NCBI GenBank assembly: GCA_003427395.1
Contig: BFEA01000039.1
Span: 4,444,536 to 4,497,362, forward strand
Reading direction: 5' to 3'
Length of the DNA: 52,827 nucleotides
Origin: Chara braunii
Lineage: Eukaryota > Plantae > Charophyceae
Shown here: in pieces, positions 21,887-34,187 of the stretch
How positions within the stretch are numbered: position 1 is the first letter of the stretch
Layout of the letters: the number at the start of each line of letters is the position of its first letter
Position numbers and translations under genes: made by a program
The notes under the pieces: model-generated
Database searches by the model: none
Seen by the model: the letters and a program-made list of their open reading frames with translations, nothing else
Told to the model about the DNA's origin: nothing

Positions 21887-23446
21887 TAGACTTTCAAATC
21901 GAATCCCGTATGCCTGTTGACCAATCTGTGCAAATCAGATCCACGGGGCAAAAAAAAAATTGTCCTATCAGGCCTATCGACAGACAGACATCCATTGCAG
22001 GCGGCCGCCGGGCAGTCTTGTCACATTTTTTGCAATTTAGTGCAGCCCATGTGCGCGGTAATGTGGATGAGTGTGTGTGTTGCTTCGACTCTCTCTTATT
22101 CGGCTTGTCTCATCCCAATTGGTTTCCTAAAACTTGTTGGGGAAGTTCTTTCCCTTCAGGCCTGGGCCCTTATCGGAGCCCAAATCGGGGGGCAAATTGA
22201 CTGCAAAGGGACCCAGGACCCAGTTTGCAGCAGGTGATGCTCCTCACTGATAGACTGAAGCCTCCAACTGTGGATCTGATTGGCACTTGGAGAGGGTGCT
22301 CATATCACCTCCCCACCCCAAGTGGGCTAATGGACCGAAGTTCGAGTAGAGAGTATCCATTTATACTATCCATAGATGTTTTCAGCATGTGATATAGAAC
22401 AGCAATAAGTCATAGATAAATTGATATGTATATTGTTCCGCTAGCTATCTACAATATTGAATATTGGACAGTGTTGAATAGCCCGATGGTCGGCGACCCT
22501 GAGTGGTCGGCTTGTCGGCGCCTACCGGTCGGGGGTCGTAGGGCCCTGCAATTTTTTTATTTTTTATTTTTTTTGGGTGCAGAACCCTACTCACCCCACC
22601 AACACCCCCATACCCACCCCCAGTACACCCATACATCCCCCCAGCACCCCCNNNNNNNNNNNNNNNNNNNNNNNNNNNNNNNNNNNGCAGTACAGCCCCC
22701 AACTCATATTCGAAAAACAAATCAGTGGATGGCTGTTTTCTGACCGGTCGGCAGACCGCCGAGCGGTCAGCCCTACTGATCGGCTGCAAAACGGTCGGCG
22801 GTCGGGGTCGGGGTCGGCGGTCGTCAGGTATGCAACTCTGATATGGGATGATAAAAGCTATTGGAATCTGCCTTATATGGATAGTAGTAAACCCTTGTCT
22901 GCTATTCACTCCTATTATCTTTTCTTTTTCTCTTTTTTTCTCGGGTTACCAGTGGGGGGTGATAAAAGCAGCCCCCCTCTAGAAGTAGGCCTGACTCCTA
23001 CTGTAGTCTACAAAGTGCAAGTTATGTGTAGTGCTGTTTAGTATTTACCTTGTAGAATATAGGTTTCAGCTCTGATGAGTCCTTTTTCCCGGCATGGGGT
23101 TTGCCGACCGTCAAATGATACTCACCCCTACACTCCTTGCAAGTCTAAAGGGTCTTTTCAAATCTGAAGGGTCCTTGCAAATCTGAAGGGTCCTTGCAAA
23201 TCAGTTGCAAAGACCCTTTAGAAAGCTGCATGTGATATGAGTTCGGAATGCAGGCGGCACTGCCATTTTACCCCCAACACGGGTGTTGGGGGTAATGAGG
23301 GGTAACGAGGGGTAATGAGGGTGTTGGGGGTCGGTTTGTGGGTAGTGAGCATGGGTATCTCAATCCGTGGGTGCCTCAGATGAAATTTATAGATTGCACA
23401 CATTTACCCACGTGTATGCTCGAGGCATTAAACCACTGGTACCGCT

Positions 23447-23490
<44 letters not shown>

Positions 23491-23629
23491 AAACTCCCCA
23501 GTTGTTTCTAGGGGATTCTTTTTTTTTTTTCTTTTTTTTTTTAAGAAGAATCGCCCAAGTGGGTGCTAGGGGTGCTGGTAATCCATTGATGCTGAGCCTA
23601 AAAAGGCCCTGAGTGCCAACTTTTGCCTA

Positions 23630-23833
23630 CCTTCTTCCCCCGAACATAACGCATATGTGTTGTATTCAAGTTTCCAAATTTGAAAAAAAAAAAAATTGAG
23701 TAGAACGCATATGCGTTATATTTGAAAATCAGGGCTATTCGGATAGAACGCCCACATGTTATATTTGAATAGACCACATCCTTTGCGTTGTACTCGTTTA
23801 CAACGCCTATGCGTCATGTTCTGGGGAAGAAGG
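23630..23833. mobile_element. MITE family 1, longer variant
   Basis: CTA|CCTTCTTCCCCCGAACATAACGCATA...TATGCGTCATGTTCTGGGGAAGAAGG|TAG. Confidence 0.72.
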
Positions 23834-23879
23834 TAGCCTGGAGGAGGGTGGGTACCAGTAGGGTACCAGTAGGGGACAT

Positions 23880-25100
23880 GTTTTGGCTGGTGCCGGCACC
23901 GCCCCTTATGGTGGCCCTAATGCTGCCAGCTTGAACGGAACGTGCCCATCTTTTTTCTTGATTTCGCGCATGGAGCAACTCACGCCTGGCTAGAAGTGCA
24001 GTCAGATACATTCTGATACATTCTGGAAAGAGAGGCCTCAATTGCTCCCCATTTCTCACCTTTTTTGGGGGTATGTTTTTTTCTGCTGCTTGAATCTGGA
24101 CTACCCCTGTAGTATTGTTCTGAACGGTGGCGTAGATTCCGCTGAAGGCTGTTGTTATTTCTAACCTTGGACCTGCAGAGACCGACCTATTCTTTTGCTA
24201 TATGAGTCCGGTCCTATGAGTGGCTGTGTCTCTGTGTCGTCCAGCGTCACCTTGTCATATCTACTTGTTGGGAACTCATGCAAACTGCTGTCTGTTTAGA
24301 CTTCGGTTTTTTAACCTCTATGGTAAACTGCGACAGAGAAGACCCCTGATGATCGTGGTACGGCGACCAGGTGAAACCGGTAGGGTCACATGCCGCACGC
24401 GGACGGTAGTTTTGTCCGCACAGATCGGAGACAGTCGCTACCAAGGCTATGCACACTCGCATCGACTCGAAACTCAACATCAGTCCGACCAACTTGAAAC
24501 GGCTCACACAAAGCAGAGAGGCAGAGATGGCGAACGAACCAAGTTTTTAAAAGACCATTCCGCACGTGCACGCACCAACTTCTGATTTTCACAAAAAGAA
24601 GGAATGCGACCTTGTTGCCATCCCCATTCGCCACGTTCACTGTCCACCCTGTTTCGTCAATTCAAGTTCGGCTGACCCTATCGATCCTGGTCACGGTGTG
24701 TGTAAAACCGTTCCCCCCCTTCCCGGGGTCACTCCGCCCAGTGCTTCGGACATGACGAGCCTGTTCAAGACTGCGGTATGCAGCCCGCACTCCGCGCAGC
24801 TTGCAGCCAAGATCAAGGAGGTAGCAGCATTCGAGCAGTCCTAATTTATGGCATGGAATGTGGCGGGGAGTTCGTGCAGGTAGCAGGGAAACAGATACCC
24901 AGGAGGGGGGAGGGAGGGAGGAGGGAGAAGATGGAGAGGAATTTCAAGAAGGTGGAAGATGGCGAATGGGGTGACTGGCGCACCTGTGCACGGTCCGCGG
25001 AGGTGGATCTGACCGCCAGCTCGCATGGCGTTGCGAGGAATGGCCGGCGAGATAGGAGAAGCAAAAAGCTGAAGAGAGTTGCACGAAGAGAGGAGTCGGG
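23880..25100 (-). pseudogene. Probable decayed tyrosine recombinase (DIRS/Crypton-type element relic)
   Basis: Frameshifted minus-strand segments occur in the expected order: STFLKFLS; CYLLDLGCKLRGVRAAYRSLEQARHVRSTGRSDP; VRNGLL...EPFQVGRTDVEF; RPLF; GH-/-IRGGAGT (an HxxR box needing a frameshift). Resemblance is motif-level only. Confidence 0.4.
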
Positions 25101-25983
25101 AGGAAGTTGGTGCAACAATGGAGGGGCAGGAAGCTGGCTTGCTGCGTGCACGGGCGTGAACGGTCACACCCGTGCGTGCATAGCTGAAAAAGATTCAAAT
25201 TTCGAAGTTGTCAGGAAAATTAATTAACTGCCTAGCATTCCCATTTCTTCATCCAGCTCTTTCCCAACCTGATTTTTTATAGCACCCACAAATTCCCCAC
25301 AATTGATCCTAATGTAAGCCTAAGGCCGATTCCCAACTTGCTACCCCTTAGCAGAACTCCGAAAAAGTGGCCGGAAAGCGGCTTACAGGCATGCCAGCCG
25401 GCACTGGAGGGGGCTGTTTAAAAAAATAAAAATAAAAAAAATCATGCCAACCGGCGCAGCATGCGCCAGAGATCATCACAAGCCGCATCTGTCCTCACTC
25501 AAGTTGGCCATAATGACTGGGGTGCCAGGGGTTTGCTAGCACACAGTTGCTCATTCAACAAGCTAGTATGCCCTTTGCACTCACTGCCATCCTCTACCAG
25601 TGAAGGACTGTTGATTCTAAGGGTATACCGTATACTACTAAACCCACCCTAAACCCTATCCTGAATCCATCTCTAAACCGGGCGGCCCAGGTCACCTTGT
25701 TTGCCCGGGCCGGCCGGCCGGGTAAGGACCAGGGAAGGTCCCTGTAAAAATATCCAAAAAATCTGGAAAAAAAAAATGTTGTGCAGAAAAATTAACTGGA
25801 CAAACTTTTGCCTCAGGGTCGGACCGGAATTCTTTGCGAATAAAATAAAATAAAATAAAAACAATAATGTATAAATTATTATTATATTTTATTTTTATTT
25901 ATTTATTTTCGTTCGGAATTCTGGCAGATGGGGATTGGTGGACTCAAGGTCATGCGAAGGAAATTCGCTTCTGTGAACTGTTA

Positions 25984-27311
25984 AGGCCTCCTCACACTGG
26001 AGCCTTTTGTGTCAAAATCGCTAAAATTTGATGGTTGGGCCAGTCGCACGAGGCACAGAAGTTAGCAAAAGTAACAAAAGGGGGCAAGGCCTTCGTTCGG
26101 CAGAACAGAAATTTTACGTCAGCAGACTCGGATGATTTTGTTCTATTGGGCCAGTCGCACGAGAGGCCGTAGAAGGCACGAAGTGCTCAGCCTAGACAAG
26201 ACACACCTCTAGCCTTTTTCCAGATATCTGCGATTCTCTTATCTGGCATCAGATCAGACGCGAAGCGTGGGCACCTTTATGTGCCAAAAATTCCCAAAAT
26301 CCAGGTCTTTGTAGGATGCTCCTGCAGCCTACTGTCAACACAAGTACATCTTTGATACAGACAAACAATGGCAACAACAAGACACTGTTTGCTGATGAAG
26401 GGGGGTATAGATCATTTCTCAGAATCAGCGACCAACTCTCCTAATAGCAGTCGGTAGATATGTGTATACGAACGCTTAAACTATCACTCACCGTAGGCTG
26501 CCAGGTAGGCCAGCAACGCAGGCTGCTGTGTAGTCCTAACTGCATGACTTCATTCTTCCTAGGTTAACTCATTAGCTTGAAGTCATTTCAATTGTATATC
26601 TATTCAGCCAAACAACCACAATGTTCAGGGACGCTGGACCCGTTTTCCAGCCTGTGCTGCTCCCCACCAATAGATGGAGCCTCCCCGACAGTGCTAGCGG
26701 TGACTGCTCTTACCAGCACCCCTAGCATCCGCTCGGGTTGTTTCCCAAAAAAAAAAAACAAACAGAAGGGGTATATATCAAATGTCAGTGGTCTGGCTGG
26801 CCGCGCCTTTCATGTCAAAATATCTAAAATTTTGATGGTTGGGCCAGTCGCACGAGGCACAGAAATTTGCAAAAGTAGCGAATGGGGTATATCACATGTC
26901 ACCGGCCTGGCTGGCGGCGGGGAAGGGCATTCTGCTACCACCTCGGGAGGTTGTCGCTTTTTTTTTTCTTTTCGAAATGCCCCTGAAGTTTGCGTTTATT
27001 TGCGGCGTGCCCCTCTGACGGCCAACTTACCTTGTCGTGCCCCTCTAACGACGAATGATGTTTCCAGAAAACCCCTGGCATCGTTTGGGCCTGAAAGATG
27101 TTTCATATGCCCCTACCGGTACCAGCACCAAATTTTCAGTATGCCCCTACCGGATGGCCGTTGAGAACCAGCACAAAAGTTTCCCATATGCCCTTAGTGG
27201 TACCATCCATCTTTCCAGCGAGCCCCTGTGGCCGTTGTTGACACTCACAGTCTTTCCCCTGGCCCCGGGAGAGATGCTACCGGGGCATATCAGAAATTTG
27301 GCGATGAGCAT

Positions 27312-27378
<67 letters not shown>

Positions 27379-27810
27379 CAGACGCGCGCACGTGCATGGG
27401 CGATGACGCCAAGAAGATAGCCATGGTGATGGTTAGGAGGTCGACAATCGAGGAGTAGGAGAGGGAGGGGTGACAAGGAGAAAGTTGGAGGGGGGAGGAA
27501 CGAGGGAAGAGGAGGGAAGAGGAGGGAAGAGGAGGAACGAGGGAAAAGGATGGAAAGGAGTAGGGAGGACAAAGACTATGACGATGACGGAGCCGACGAG
27601 GATACAGGATGGAGGCTGGAGGAGAAGAGAGGAGAGCGACGAGCATGGATGGAGTAGGACGGAGGAGGGCGGCAACACTGATAAGCATGGATGGAGGAGG
27701 GAGGAGGGCGATAAGCATGTATGGAGGAGGAGGGAGGAGGAGCNACGAGCATGGATGGAGGAGGGAGGAGGGCGAATAAGCATGGATGGAGGCGGAGGGA
27801 GGAGGAGCAT

Positions 27811-27882
<72 letters not shown>

Positions 27883-27986
27883 GCGCGCGCGCGTGCGCAC
27901 CGAGTGACTAAAAAACGAATGACAAACACCTTCGATTCGTCATTCACATACCACCTGTCCAACCAACAACTAAACGAAAAGATGAC

Positions 27987-28047
<61 letters not shown>

Positions 28048-29345
28048 CAGACGCGCGCATGTGCATGGGCGATGACGCCAAGAAGACGGCCATGGTGATG
28101 AATAGGAGGTCGACAATCGAGGAGGAGGAGAGGGAGGGGTGACGAGGAGAACGTTGGAGGAGGGAGGAACGAGGGAAGAGGAGGGGAAGAGGAGGGGAAG
28201 AGGAGTAGGGAGGACAAGGACTCGGACGAGGATAGAGGATGGAGGCTGGACGAGAAGAGAGGAGAGCAACGAGGACGGACAAGGAGGAGGAGGGAGGAGG
28301 GCGATGCGCATGGATGGAGGAGGAGGGAGGAGGGCAATGAGCATGGACACACACACACGCGTGCGCACGCTCCCCTTCGCACGGTAGCTGTATGCACTCC
28401 AACGCATCGATCACCGACCGGCGGACTCGAAGACTCACTGCTGCACCTTTTTTTGTGGCGGCGCGTGGAATGCCTACCACTTTGAATTCGGATTCGAATT
28501 CCTGCCGCCACTACTGCAAGGGCATCACAGAAAGATGTGTGCCCCTCGTGAGGGCATTTCAAGGACGGACCGACGAAACGCCACCAGTGGTCCAGTAAGG
28601 GCATATGGGAAAGTTACGCCCCATGCTGACAGGGGCCTGCAGAAAAATCCAGAGGCCCGAGGGGCACCACAGGGTAAGTCGGCCTTCACAGGGGCACGCC
28701 GCAAACGCAAACTTCGGGGGCATTTCAAAAATTTTCCCAAGGAAATTCGAAACGAATTTTGTTGGACCTTTCGGGAAAAAAAAAAAGAAAAAAAGTTGAA
28801 GGATTTGGTGGACCTTGTGCTGTGTGACCGAGCGAGGCACTATTTTGGCAATTGCCAGAAAGTCCGGCTCCTGTCTTTTGTGATTTGCTGCCACTATGTG
28901 ACCCGGGGAGGGGGTAGCATTTCAGCAAAATCGGGATAAACAAAAATTTGGCAGATTTTGCTGCAGTACCACCCCTGTGTGAGTATGCCCTTAGGGCATA
29001 CTCACACTAGAGCCTTTTATGGCAAAATCGCTAAAATTTGATGGTTGGACGAGTCGCACGAGGCAGGGAAATTGGCAAATGCAGCAAATAGGGTGTCAGA
29101 TGTCAGCGGCCTGGCGGGCCGCGGGGAAGGGCATTTTGCTATCACCTCGGGAGGTGGTAGCAAATTTTCTTTTGCTTTTCAGGATTTTGCGAGAAGAAAT
29201 TTCAGCTCATTTGTCAACTGCCGGAGGGTGTTGCTACCAGTACAAACGTCGGGAATTCTCCACATCTGCTGAAATGGCATTTCCAGTGTGGGTCACACAC
29301 ATAGCGCTCGTTTTTTGTCCACATGCCTTGCAGAAATCCCGTGAG
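25984..29345. mobile_element. PIF/Harbinger-like (Tourist-type) elements hosting the MULE; head-to-tail junction at 28977-29007
   Basis: GTGTGAGTATGCCC|TTA|GGGCATACTCACAC junction with a TTA target. The shared body CAAAATCGCTAAAATTTGATGGTTGG...GTCGCACGAGGC recurs at about 26010, 26815 and 29020. A related end lies at 49587. Confidence 0.55.
26970..28738. mobile_element. Non-autonomous Mutator-like element (MULE) with long TIRs and an internal duplication
   Basis: Left arm GAAATGCCCCTGAAGTTTGCGTTT..GCGGCGTGCCCCT..GGCCAACTTACC is the inverted copy of right arm GGTAAGTCGGCC..AGGGGCACGCCGCAAACGCAAACTTCGGGGGCATTTCAAAAATTTTCCC. Internal duplication about 27310-27810 vs 27990-28350, bounded by (CA)n. 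No clear TSD. Confidence 0.7.
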
Positions 29346-30838
29346 TAACGGGCTTGTCTGTTGCAGCGGAGACTGCACCCGCCCGGGGCATTCCTTCCGC
29401 TCTGCTCTGCCGACTTCCCCCTGGGTAGCGCGTTCCCCCTGGTCCTCCATAGATGGCGATAGGCATGCTTCCACAGGGAATAGATCTGTCTTCGGCCGGC
29501 CTCCCCCGCGGTTCCATTTCAGATGGGAGCGACGGTAGACACAATGACCGCTGTCCCTCCCTGCAAAAAAACGTCCCTTTGTGGGATGGTCCCACCTGGT
29601 CACATCAAGGCGGGCTCGGACCTTCTGGAAACGAGGGGATCTTGGACGTACCCCCGAACTGAACGACGGAGCCGAGCACGGCCAGTGAGCTTTAAAAAAT
29701 CGCCCATTCACAGGGCCGAGCCAGAGGAAATTTGAGACTATTNNNNNNNNNNNNNNNNNNNNNNNNNNNNNNNNNNNNNNNNNNNNNNNNNNNNNNNNNN
29801 NNNNNNNNNNNNNNNNNNNNNNNNNNNNNNNNNNNNNNNNNNNNNNNNNNNNNNNNNNNNNNNNNNNNNNNNNNNNNNNNNNNNNNNNNNNNNNNNNNNN
29901 NNNNNNNNNNNNNNNNNNNNNNNNNNNNNNNNNNNNNNNNNNNNNNNNNNNNNNNNNNNNNNNNNNNNNNNNNNNNNNNNNNNNNNNNNNNNNNNNNNNN
30001 NNNNNNNNNNNNNNNNNNNNNNNNNNNNNNNNNNNNNNNNNNNNNNNNNNNNNNNNNNNNNNGCCCTTACTGTTGCCACGTGATCGCTCCATGCTCATAG
30101 CCTCGCGCCGCGACGTGCCAGAGGGCCAAGCGGTAGTTGCACCACTCGCCACCCACCAACATTTTAAATGCATGTGGCCAAGGATTCGTTGAGATGCATT
30201 CAAAATCCCAAAAGAAAATCTTGCCGAATGGTCCGTGCTGCAATCAAGCGCAGTCATCTGCTGACGAGACGGCATTGCCGTCCTTCCCCCGAACACAACA
30301 CACCCTCTTTTTTTTATTATTATTTTTTTCTAAAACTACGCTACATTCTTCTCTCAAATCTTTCAGCACTCTTGGTGCCAACCAACTGAGATAGTGAGCT
30401 GGATCCTCCCAGTCGGTATCAGTAAGTTCTTCAGCCAACACGGGTGTGAGTGCATGTTGTGTGTGAGTGGGTTGAGTGTGGTGTGTGGTAGAGTGTTGGC
30501 TTTAGACACTACTGTTACTCGATGGGGGTGGGGGAAGATGAATAGGGAGGCACAGTTACCGGCAAAATGCTCGGTCCTTGTGTTAGCCGGGCCCCCACCG
30601 GCGGCCCCAACCCTGCACTTAGGGCGAGGGGCAAACATGCCCTTACCCCTCTCCAACGACCGAGAGAGGTAGAAAGCTATGCTTGCAGGGGTCCCCTGTA
30701 TAGCCTTAGGAGTAGTGGTAGGTAGTGAAAAGAAAGATATGTTCCAGGACATGGCAGAACGCCAGTTAAAAGAAAGATATGTGAGGTGAGAGAAAAATAT
30801 ATGGCTTGCCCCCCGATGAGGAGAAGGCACCACTAGTA

Positions 30839-31013
30839 CCTTTGCCGCTTGGGAAAATAGCGGGCCTCGGGTAGGCGCCCGACCTTTTCAGAGGTCGAAA
30901 CGAAACGACGGCTGCCGATCAGATTTATCAATGGCAGTCGTCGTGCCCGACCTCCAAAAATTCACGCGATTGGGAAAACTGCCAGTTTTCCCTATTTTCC
31001 CACGCGGGAAAGG
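30839..31013. mobile_element. TA-flanked MITE family 3 (CCTTTCCC TIR)
   Basis: TA|CCTTTGCCGCTTGGGAAAATAG...CTATTTTCCCACGCGGGAAAGG|TA; homologous to 34011-34187. Confidence 0.72.
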
Positions 31014-31903
31014 TAAAAAAAAAAAAAAAATCATCATCTTTCAAATTCTTTCAATTCACCTTCAGTACCTACCTACCACTACTCCTAAGGCTTATACAGG
31101 GGACCCCTGCAAACATAGCTTTGTTGTCTCCCTCCAGCCATCAGAGGGGATGCATGTTGGCCCCCCCCCAACCATGGTGGTCGAGGATGAGGTGGGGCCG
31201 CCGGTGGTTGGGGGTGGCGGACCATGAAAAGGGAGGCGCAGCTACTGGCAAAATGCTCGGTCATTACAGACTCTTTTTTTTTTTTTTTTTTTTGCCTGTT
31301 ACAGACTTGAAACATAGCTTGTATTATACATTCATTATCTAGGTGTGTTATGTTCGGGGTAAGACGGTAGTCGCTCGCCTCTCTTAGGCAACCCATTTAT
31401 TTTCCACGTGTCCCCATCTAGAACCCCACAGGCACAGTCACAGATGCACTTTCCCGAATGCATTATGCCTTTATTTCAGACACACCTGTACGTATCTGTC
31501 CGCAGCTCCGTCCAGAATACGTACAGACACGCCCTCGTGTGAGGGTGTCCTCGCGCCCCCACTTTTGCGAGGGCAGTGACCATCAGATATGCAAGCGATA
31601 ACAGCAACTCGCTTCCTTTTCATCCTCCTTGTTGATTAAAATTGTAGTGTGCAGTCCCGCGTCAGACTGTAAACGGTTTATCCGGCATATGGGTACGCCG
31701 GCCGGGTTAGATCATCACCCGCGGAATAAAGCACACTTAAAAAGTTGCAGTCTTTGGGTTTAACAAAGACATATGAAATAATTCGCAGCGGGCGATTTTA
31801 TACTGCCTGGACGAGTGAGGTCGAAAAAAGAAGACTCTAAATAAAGTTATGGGTGTCGTGTCATATCAGACGGCGTCAGCGTGTTGAGTTGTACTCCAGG
31901 GGC

Positions 31904-32059
31904 CAAGTCCCACGAGCAGCGTTGAGCTACCTCAGCGCCGGAATCTGGACGTGTTTGTGGAGACGTGCAGTTCAGGAAACTCAACACCATTTCTGCACAT
32001 CTCCGCAAATGCGTCCAGATTCAGGCGTTGAGGTAGCTCAACGCTGCTGGTGGGACTTG
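31904..32059. repeat. Foldback element (family 4)
   Basis: CAAGTCCCAC..GCAGCGTTGAGCTACCTC..GAATCTGGACG...CGTCCAGATTC..GAGGTAGCTCAACGCTGC..GTGGGACTTG. Confidence 0.78.
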
Positions 32060-34010
32060 AGTCCAGTAGTGGTGAAAGTTGCTGCTCACGTCAAATTTGT
32101 TTGTTTGTTTGGATCTCCGAGAGGGCATGCTCGCATTTGCACTTTCCAAAATGTATCTTACGGTCAGTACGGCCAGAGACGTGGATGAATCTGACGGCAA
32201 TGATGTCCAGAGCTTTGTAGAAAAAAAAAAGCTCCTACTGTGTGGAAGTATGCCCTCAGTTAGGAGTAGGTAGTGAAAGGCATAAACTTTTTTTTTTTTT
32301 TTTTTTTTGGGGGGGGGTGATCACAACTGTCTATATTCTTCTCTCAACTTCTGTTTGTTTACCTTCCACTACCTACTCCTAAGACTATCTAGAGGGGACC
32401 CCTGCAAGCATAGTTTTCCTCTCTCTGCGAAGGGGAGATTTCATGTTGCCCCTTGCCCCTAATGTTTAGGGTATAGGGTTGGGGCCGCCAGTGGGGGTCT
32501 GGCTAACACAAAGACCGAGNNNNNNNNNNNNNNNNNNNNNNNNNNNNNNNNNNNNNNNNNNNNNNNNNNNNNNNNNNNNNNNNNNNNNNNNNNNNNNNNN
32601 NNNNNNNNNNNNNNNNNNNNNNNNNNNNNNNNNNNNNNNNNNNNNNNNNNNNNNNNNNNNNNNNNNNNNNNNNNNNNNNNNNNNNNNNNNNNNNNNNNNN
32701 NNNNNNNNNNNNNNNNNNNNNNNNNNNNNNNNNNNNNNNNNNNNNNNNNNNNNNNNNNNNNNNNNNNNNNNNNNNNNNNNNNNNNNNNNNNNNNNNNNNN
32801 NNNNNNNNNNGGGAACCCTAGGAAAAAAAAAAAAAAAAAAAATCGCTAGGAACCGAAGGGTGAGGGGTGTGGAGGTGGAGGTGGAGTCGAGCAGAGAGGA
32901 AAGAGGGAATCCGTATGGTGGCAAAGTGGACAGGCCTCGGATGGCACCCCAACTTTTCCCAAAGAGAACGAAGGGGCATCCAGGTCAGTATTATAGGCCC
33001 GTTTCCAAGAACGAAGGGTGCATTTCCTGGCCAGCTATAGCCTGCCCCATGGTCCTATTCGTGGTGAGATCATGGTGTTGTACTGAGCCAACTTCTCTCC
33101 CCTGCCCGGTCCCCCTCCCAATTCCCATGCCCCATATTCGTCTGATGACCCATAGCCTGTTTGGTCCTGCGTGTACCTCGCAAGGATGGTCTCATGTGCC
33201 GTCTCACGCCCAACACCTCTTTCCCATCTGTCCCATCTGTCCCATCTGGGACCGATCTCTTTCGGCTGGATCGGCATCGGTCCAAGGGGAACTGGGGGCA
33301 AGGTTCCATTTACCCCAACCATGCGCCCAGTCCCACTTGTTGCTCATTTCTGACCCTAGATCGCAGAGATCGGCGGCTGCAAATAAACAATTCTGACAAC
33401 TGGGACTTGGTCCCAGGTCTTGTTCTGTGGTTGTTCCCTGGTCAGTAACTTGGAAAATGAAGAATGCCGACGAGTGGAGCCTTGGCTACGGTAGTAGGGC
33501 TTTCGCTTTCCCCAGCATGCATAGGATGGGAGCATGCGCCTGAGGGCATACTGACAACACCAGTACTTTTTCAACTGACGTCAGGGCACAACTGCGGCGA
33601 AACACATCTAGAGCCAGCCGTTGTCGCTGTGGGCAGGTACATCCAAGAAAGTCCCAGTGTTGCGAGTATGGTCCCCTCCTTTTTTTGTTTTCCTTTTTTT
33701 TTGTTTGCGAAACCCAATTCAAATTGCTGACAATAAAAAAGGGCCTGAAAGGCTGTCCTGTCCAGATTTGACAGGTATTGCGGGCCCAGTGCCCAAGGCT
33801 GTACATAGGGCGGAACCGGAGGTCACCTGGTCTCGGACCTGCCTCTGAGGCCTCCCATTCCCAGTTTCGCCCTCAACAGAACTAGCTCAGTTGCTACACC
33901 CATTTCTGGCCCATCACCCAAGGCAGTACATAGCCTGAAGACAGTGTAGAAAACCCAGAGGTCAACTGGGCTCGGACCCTTTTTTTTTTTTTTTTTTTCC
34001 CTCACCAGTA

Positions 34011-34187
34011 CCTTTCCCGCTTGGGAAAATAGCGGGCCTCGGGTAGGCGTCCGACCTTTCCAGAGGCCAAAACGACATGACGGCCGCCGATCGGATTTAT
34101 CAAAGGCAGTCGTCGTCGGACCCGACCTCCGAAGATTCAGGAGCTTGGAAAAACTGCCAGTTTTCCCTATTTCCCATGTGGGAAAGG
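34011..34187. mobile_element. TA-flanked MITE family 3 copy
   Basis: TA|CCTTTCCCGCTTGGGAAAATAG...CTATTTCCCATGTGGGAAAGG|TA. Confidence 0.75.

Noticed and set aside
23072-23120. CTGATGAG as a hammerhead ribozyme core (also 30261 and 42889)
   Set aside because: No matching stem II-GAAA and cleavage-site arrangement could be built.
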